A program made the position numbers and the translations under genes. Under the pieces are notes generated by a model. The model saw only the letters and a list, made by a program, of their open reading frames with translations, made no database searches and was not told the origin of the DNA. DNA of 60,887 nucleotides, from positions 1 to 60,887 of the forward strand of contig DASTZC010000226.1 of NCBI GenBank assembly GCA_035764505.1, in the 5' to 3' direction. Shown here one piece after another: positions 56,623 through 60,887 of the stretch. Source of the stretch: Candidatus Polarisedimenticolia bacterium (lineage in GTDB: Bacteria > Acidobacteriota > Polarisedimenticolia > Gp22-AA2 > AA152). The stretch's first letter is position 1. Each line of letters opens with the position of its first letter.

Positions 56623-57696
56623 CTACTCCTGCGGAACCAGAATGACGCGTCGCGCGATCTTCCGCTCATGGATCAAAGGAAAGACTTCGTTGATGGTGGC
56701 AAGAGGCCGGCGCTCGAGGAACTCCCCAAGCGCGACCTTCCCCGAGAGAATCAAATCGACAACGGCCGGATAGTGCTCGGGCAGGCAGCCCCAGTTCCCC
56801 TGCGCCGTGGCGTCCATCGCCATCAGGTTGGAGAGCCGCAGCTCGATCTTCTGCGCGGTAAATCCGACGATTGCGAGATACCCGCCATGTCCCAGCAGGC
56901 CGAACGCCGTCGTCTGGCCCTGCGTGGTGCCCGAGGTTTCGAAGATCTTCTGCCGGTAAGTCGGAATATCGCGTGCTTCGGCGAAGCTCTTCAACGCCGC
57001 CTTCAGTCCCTTGGCATCGAGCTGGTCGGCGCGCAGCGTGAGAGAGCAGCCGTGTCGGGCCATGAGAGCCAGCCGCTGGGCGCTCACGTCGATGGCCGCC
57101 ACGTGCGCCCCGAGCGCGGCGGCAATCTGGGCGCCGAAGCCTCCCACGCCGCCGACGCCCACGAACACCGCGAGATCGCCCGCCTTCAGCCCGCTGCGCA
57201 AAATGGCCTGATAGGGAGTCGAGACGGCGTCGGCGACCACCGACAACGAGGCCAGGTCGACTCCGGACCGGTTGACCTCCTGGTCACCGAGATCGGGCAC
57301 CGGGCACAATCCGTGGGCGGGCACGATCAGATGGGTGGCAAATCCGCCGTGCACATCGCAGCCTGGAAAGGTCTGGCGGGGACAAATCGACCCGTGACCG
57401 TCCCGGCAGACCTGGCAGCGGCCACATGGAATCACGGCGGGGACGATCACCTGACGTCCCATCCAGGAGGAAGTGTCATCGCCGGTCTGCACGACCGTGC
57501 CGCTCACCTCGTGACCGAGCGTCAGGGGGAATGGCTTGCGGGTGGGGACACCTTCGTAGAAGAAGCCCAAATCCGTGTGGCAGACGCCGCAGCCCTCCAC
57601 CCGGACCGTGACCTCGCCCTTTCCGGCGGATTGATCGCGGGTTTCCCAGGTCATCGGCTCGTTACGGCTTCGAACCATCCAGCCCTGGATTTCCAT
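56623..57696 (-). CDS. had: 6-hydroxycyclohex-1-ene-1-carbonyl-CoA dehydrogenase-like (Zn-dependent MDR alcohol dehydrogenase family)
   Basis: 357 aa. Zn ligand motifs are GCGVCHTDLGFFYEG, GHEVSG and PCGRCQVCRDGHGSIC. The Rossmann motif is VFVGVGGVGGFGAQIA. It is the first gene of the operon, with a 3-nt gap to oah. Confidence 0.78.
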   Translation of the reverse strand: MEIQGWMVRSRNEPMTWETRDQSAGKGEVTVRVEGCGVCHTDLGFFYEGVPTRKPFPLTLGHEVSGTVVQTGDDTSSWMGRQVIVPAVIPCGRCQVCRDGHGSICPRQTFPGCDVHGGFATHLIVPAHGLCPVPDLGDQEVNRSGVDLASLSVVADAVSTPYQAILRSGLKAGDLAVFVGVGGVGGFGAQIAAALGAHVAAIDVSAQRLALMARHGCSLTLRADQLDAKGLKAALKSFAEARDIPTYRQKIFETSGTTQGQTTAFGLLGHGGYLAIVGFTAQKIELRLSNLMAMDATAQGNWGCLPEHYPAVVDLILSGKVALGEFLERRPLATINEVFPLIHERKIARRVILVPQE

Positions 57697-57745
57697 CGGC
57701 GCCGCCCCTTCTGGGTCCCTGGGAGGGCATATAAGATGACAAATC

Positions 57746-57781
57746 GGAAATAGGATACCTATTTCCTAAATATAAAGTCAA
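57746..57781 (-). promoter_or_regulatory. putative promoter (TTGACT-N18-TATCCT) overlapped by a perfect 21-bp palindrome operator
   Basis: GGAAATAGG-ATA-CCTATTTCC occupies 57746-57766. On the reverse strand TTGACT sits at 57781-57776 and TATCCT at 57757-57752. This is the only AT-rich patch upstream of had, whose ATG is at 57696. Confidence 0.45.
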
Positions 57782-57974
57782 GAAGCTTCTTTTTCCACCC
57801 CATTCCCGGCGCGATCTGCTTGCAAGGCTTTGCGCGGATTTGCCGCGTGCTTCCCGATCACCGGAATGGCGCCGACTGTTCCTTGAGCTCTTCCATGAGC
57901 CCGTCGAGCTCCAGGTCGAGCTTGCGGAGGCGCCCCTCCTCCTGGTCGCAAACTGAATAGCTTTCCTGCTTTTC

Positions 57975-60101
57975 CTAGCCGCCTTCATCGCGGATGCCCG
58001 CCGCCCACGACAGGGCGTACAGCACCGCCACCACCGCCAGCTGCGCCTGGATGCCGATCACGAAGGAGAGGGATTCGAGCAGGCCGCCCACCCCCGCGCC
58101 GAGCAGATTCGAGCCCAGCGCCAGGTCTTTCCTGGAGGCGCGACGCAGCGATTCGATGAACACCATCCCGGCGAAGAAGATCGGCAGGTTCAGCACGACC
58201 GCGCTCAGCAGGCCGCGCGTCCAGTAACCGTACGCGTCGAAGATTTCCACCGGAAGCAGGTAGGAGACGAGGATCGATCCCAGCAGCATCGGATAGAGGA
58301 TCGCGGCGCGCGGGGTCCATCGCGATGCCGCCAGATTCGCCAGGAGGATGAGGCCCAGGATGACCGAGATGGTCACGCCGCTCACGACCCAGGTGGATCC
58401 CAGCACCAGGGAGCTCTTGCTGATGTTCTGGAATTCCAGGAGCAGGAAGGCGGCCCCCAGCAGGAAGAAATGCGGGCTGACCCGGCGCGGCTTCGGAAGC
58501 AGCCCGCGGTAGAGCAGCGCAAAGAGGACGAGGAGGACCCCGGACAGCAGCAGATGGAGCCGCGGAATCGACGGACGCTCGAGATAAAGATAAGGCCAGT
58601 CGTCGGTCGATTCGCGCGACGGGGGTTCCAGCACGGGGGGATGCGCCTGGACGTAGCTCTGCAGCTCGGGATCCTGGTCGATCAGGCTTCGCGCCAGCGC
58701 GGAGTCCCGGGCCGTGACGAACATCGTCCCGCCCCAGCCGAACGAGCTGGGCGGAATCTTGAAGGCGATCGGATCGTGGCCGAAGGCCCGTTTCAGATTG
58801 GCGCCGATCCGTCCGGTGATCCAGGGCCTGGGCGACTCGAAGGAGACCGTCAGGATGCCCTTGTCCGCCAGGTGGTCGCGCGCCGCCTTGAAGCTTTCCA
58901 CGGTATAGACGTAATGGTCCAGCCGCGTATTGTTGTAGCTCGACGACTGCGCGTGCGCGTCCAGCAGCCCGAACGAGATCAGGTCGTAGCGCCCCGCATC
59001 GCGCTTGAAGAAGGCGCGCGCGTCGTCCACCACGAGGGCGACGCGCCGGTCGGAGTAGGGGGATTCCGGATGATAGGCGCGTCCCAGCGCGACGATTCCT
59101 GGATCGATCTCCACCGCGGTGACCTTCGAGGCGCCGCCGCGCAGCGCTCCGGCGGCGTCATTGCCTCCCCCCGCCCCTACAATCAGGACCTCCCGCGCGT
59201 CTTTCTGGATCCGGTACGGAATGTCGTATTGGCTCAGGTCGCGTCGCGCGGGGTCCAGCCGATCGCGATGTTGCTCGATGAATCGATCCGAGAGGTTCAG
59301 CAGCGCCATGTAGCCGACGTTGTTGACGTTCAGGAGATAGCCGCGCTGGAACCCTCCCGCCTCGATCGGCTTCAGCTCGAGCTTCTGATAGGGCGACCAG
59401 ACGACCCGCTGCGCGTCGCTGACCGGCCACCAGGCCACGAAGCCCACGGCGACCAGCAGCGCGGCCAAGGCGGCGATCTCCCGGCGGCTCCAGCCGCCGG
59501 CGGCCGCCAGCAGCGCCGCCGCCAGGAGAAACCAGATCCAGGGAGGCGACGACACGAAGGAAAGAGCGGTGAAGACCCACAATCCCGCCAGCCCCGCAGC
59601 CACGTTGATCGAATAAGCCCGCAGAATCCGCGAGTGCTCATCCATGAGACCGCCCATGAGCTGTCCCAGGGGAAACAGGATGACGAGCACCAGGATGAAG
59701 ACAAGCAGCGTCGAGCCGAGTCCGAGGAGCGTGGCGGCGACCTCGCTGCCGGCGTGGAACTCGTACCAGATGGGAGCATCGGAGAAGACGCTCAACAGCG
59801 TCGGCGTGCCGCGCAGCAGGTGGAGCGACTTCCCCTCGAAGCGGACGTTCAGCGGCAGCGTGAGCAGCAGAAGCGTCGCCGCCAGGCCGCCGAGCGCCGC
59901 CGTGAGGGGCGCCCGCGCGTTGGCGCGGCAGCAGCCCAGCCCCATTCCCAGAAAGCAGGCCAGCAGGACCAGGTTGTTCACGTAGGCGAAGATGCGGATT
60001 TCGGTGGTGAGAAAGCGGATGAGGGCGATTTCCAGGAAGAGAATCAGGAAGCTGACCAGGACCAGCCGCAGCTCCCGGTTCCCTTCCCGCGGCAAGCTCA
60101 T
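57975..60101 (-). CDS. polytopic membrane protein with embedded spermidine-synthase-like methyltransferase-fold domain
   Basis: 708 aa. About 7 N-terminal TM helices precede VLIVGAGGGNDAAGALRGGASKVTAVEIDPGIV...YDLISFGLLD (aminopropyltransferase/SAM fold), followed by about 6 more TM helices. Confidence 0.75.
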   Translation of the reverse strand: MSLPREGNRELRLVLVSFLILFLEIALIRFLTTEIRIFAYVNNLVLLACFLGMGLGCCRANARAPLTAALGGLAATLLLLTLPLNVRFEGKSLHLLRGTPTLLSVFSDAPIWYEFHAGSEVAATLLGLGSTLLVFILVLVILFPLGQLMGGLMDEHSRILRAYSINVAAGLAGLWVFTALSFVSSPPWIWFLLAAALLAAAGGWSRREIAALAALLVAVGFVAWWPVSDAQRVVWSPYQKLELKPIEAGGFQRGYLLNVNNVGYMALLNLSDRFIEQHRDRLDPARRDLSQYDIPYRIQKDAREVLIVGAGGGNDAAGALRGGASKVTAVEIDPGIVALGRAYHPESPYSDRRVALVVDDARAFFKRDAGRYDLISFGLLDAHAQSSSYNNTRLDHYVYTVESFKAARDHLADKGILTVSFESPRPWITGRIGANLKRAFGHDPIAFKIPPSSFGWGGTMFVTARDSALARSLIDQDPELQSYVQAHPPVLEPPSRESTDDWPYLYLERPSIPRLHLLLSGVLLVLFALLYRGLLPKPRRVSPHFFLLGAAFLLLEFQNISKSSLVLGSTWVVSGVTISVILGLILLANLAASRWTPRAAILYPMLLGSILVSYLLPVEIFDAYGYWTRGLLSAVVLNLPIFFAGMVFIESLRRASRKDLALGSNLLGAGVGGLLESLSFVIGIQAQLAVVAVLYALSWAAGIRDEGG

Positions 60102-60332
60102 TCATCTCCCGAGGCGGCGTGGCGGACGGCGTCGTTCAGCCGCCGCAATTCTAGCCAGATCGGGGAGTCGTTTGCATCAGCGGAGGTCGCCCCCGGCCGG
60201 GGTGCGCAGAAGCAGAAGGAGCTTCCCCAAGATCAAGGGTCGGCCGCTGACGCGCGGTCGCTCTTTGCCGTCGCGTCCAAGGGTGTCCCCGTCCGGGCTC
60301 AGGCAATCGAAGGTTTTCCCGTAAGGAAAAAG

Positions 60333-60360
60333 AAAAAGGGCGGCTCAGGCCGCCCTTTTT
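60333..60360 (-). terminator. rho-independent (bidirectional-looking) terminator
   Basis: AAAAAGGGCGGC-TCAG-GCCGCCCTTTTT. The stem is flanked by A- and T-runs and lies 27 nt downstream of the stop at 60387. Confidence 0.8.
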
Positions 60361-60386
60361 CAAGACACTTCGCAGGGATCAGCTGC

Positions 60387-60887
60387 TCAGGGCTTGGGGA
60401 GGCCGGAGCAGCGGCTGTCGAAATTGCAGCCCACAAGCTGCACCACTTCCCCGGTGTTCTCGATCTCAAGAATCGTGCCGACCCCTCGCGCATAGTACTT
60501 GCGCGCGAACAGGCCCGGCTCCAGAAGCGAGTAGTTCTTGGTGACGATGCAGTCTCCCTTGCAGAAGCGCTGGACCAGGGCGGCGGGAACTCCCTCGTCC
60601 AGCACCAGGTCCACTCCGTAGGAGTAGGTCGTGGAGAGGATCTCCGTCACATCCTCGGCATTCCCCAGCGAGAACTCCTCCAGGTAGGCATCCCCCACGT
60701 GCGGCGAAGCCAGCATGATGATGCCCCCCTTGTCGCCTTCCCGATCCTGCTTGAACGAACCGTCGATGTTGACCAGCTCGGGCAGCACCGGCCGGTCGCC
60801 CTTGAAGGTCTCGTACTCCCCGGTTTTCTCGCCGAAGTACCAGACGCTGCCGTCCTTGGCGGGGACGTACCAGTCATCCGTCCCTTC
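60387..60887 (-). CDS. hypothetical protein, probably secreted (5' end beyond window)
   Basis: The frame of track ORF 60387..60788 stays open to the window edge (...EGTDDWYVPAKDGSVWYFGEKTGEYETFKGDRPVLPELVNIDGSF...). The C-terminus is CNFDSRCSGLPKP. No family was recognised. Confidence 0.5.
   Translation of the reverse strand, partial: EGTDDWYVPAKDGSVWYFGEKTGEYETFKGDRPVLPELVNIDGSFKQDREGDKGGIIMLASPHVGDAYLEEFSLGNAEDVTEILSTTYSYGVDLVLDEGVPAALVQRFCKGDCIVTKNYSLLEPGLFARKYYARGVGTILEIENTGEVVQLVGCNFDSRCSGLPKP

Overview
This is a 60.9 kb high-GC chromosomal segment. It is most likely from an Acidobacteriota genome, because it carries an ADOP-type duplicated orphan permease and Gly/Val-rich linkers. All calls come from reading the sequence and the ORF track by eye. 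No searches were run, so family names are motif-level recognitions and any comparison to Geobacter, Thauera or Rhodopseudomonas proteins is from memory.

Contents from left to right:
- A partial membrane protein.
- A tRNA-Ser / gltX / tRNA-Gln / tRNA-Glu block on the minus strand, with a clear promoter and terminator.
- An OMP beta-barrel, a GAF protein and a PAS hybrid histidine kinase.
- A family of structured intergenic hairpin repeats, including a 3 x 100 bp tandem array.
- A VIT-vWA giant secreted protein with an unusual C-terminal extension.
- A GH47 alpha-mannosidase.
- A CzcCBA-type heavy-metal RND efflux operon preceded by a small Cys-rich protein.
- A seven-gene minus-strand catabolic operon: 2-oxoacid:ferredoxin oxidoreductase delta, alpha and beta-gamma subunits, alanine dehydrogenase, CoA-transferase, IlvE and MaeB.
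- A radical SAM/SPASM gene.
- A ten-gene plus-strand locus (31.3-45.0 kb), which is the most interesting part. It starts with a hexahaem cytochrome that looks like a homologue of the Geobacter nanowire cytochrome OmcS. It continues with a YVTN beta-propeller lipoprotein, a large outer-membrane barrel with a discoidin-like insert, three TolB-N/LpoB-like modules, a SurA-like PPIase, a 26-haem and a 16-haem cytochrome, and two NHL propellers.
- An ADOP permease.
- An 11-gene minus-strand operon (47.8-57.7 kb) for ATP-dependent benzoyl-CoA dearomatisation: had-oah-GNAT-dch-bcrCBAD-SDR-GNAT-Rrf2. A perfect 21-bp palindrome lies in its promoter.
- A membrane-embedded spermidine-synthase-like protein and a partial secreted protein.

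No transposase, integrase, CRISPR array or rRNA was seen.
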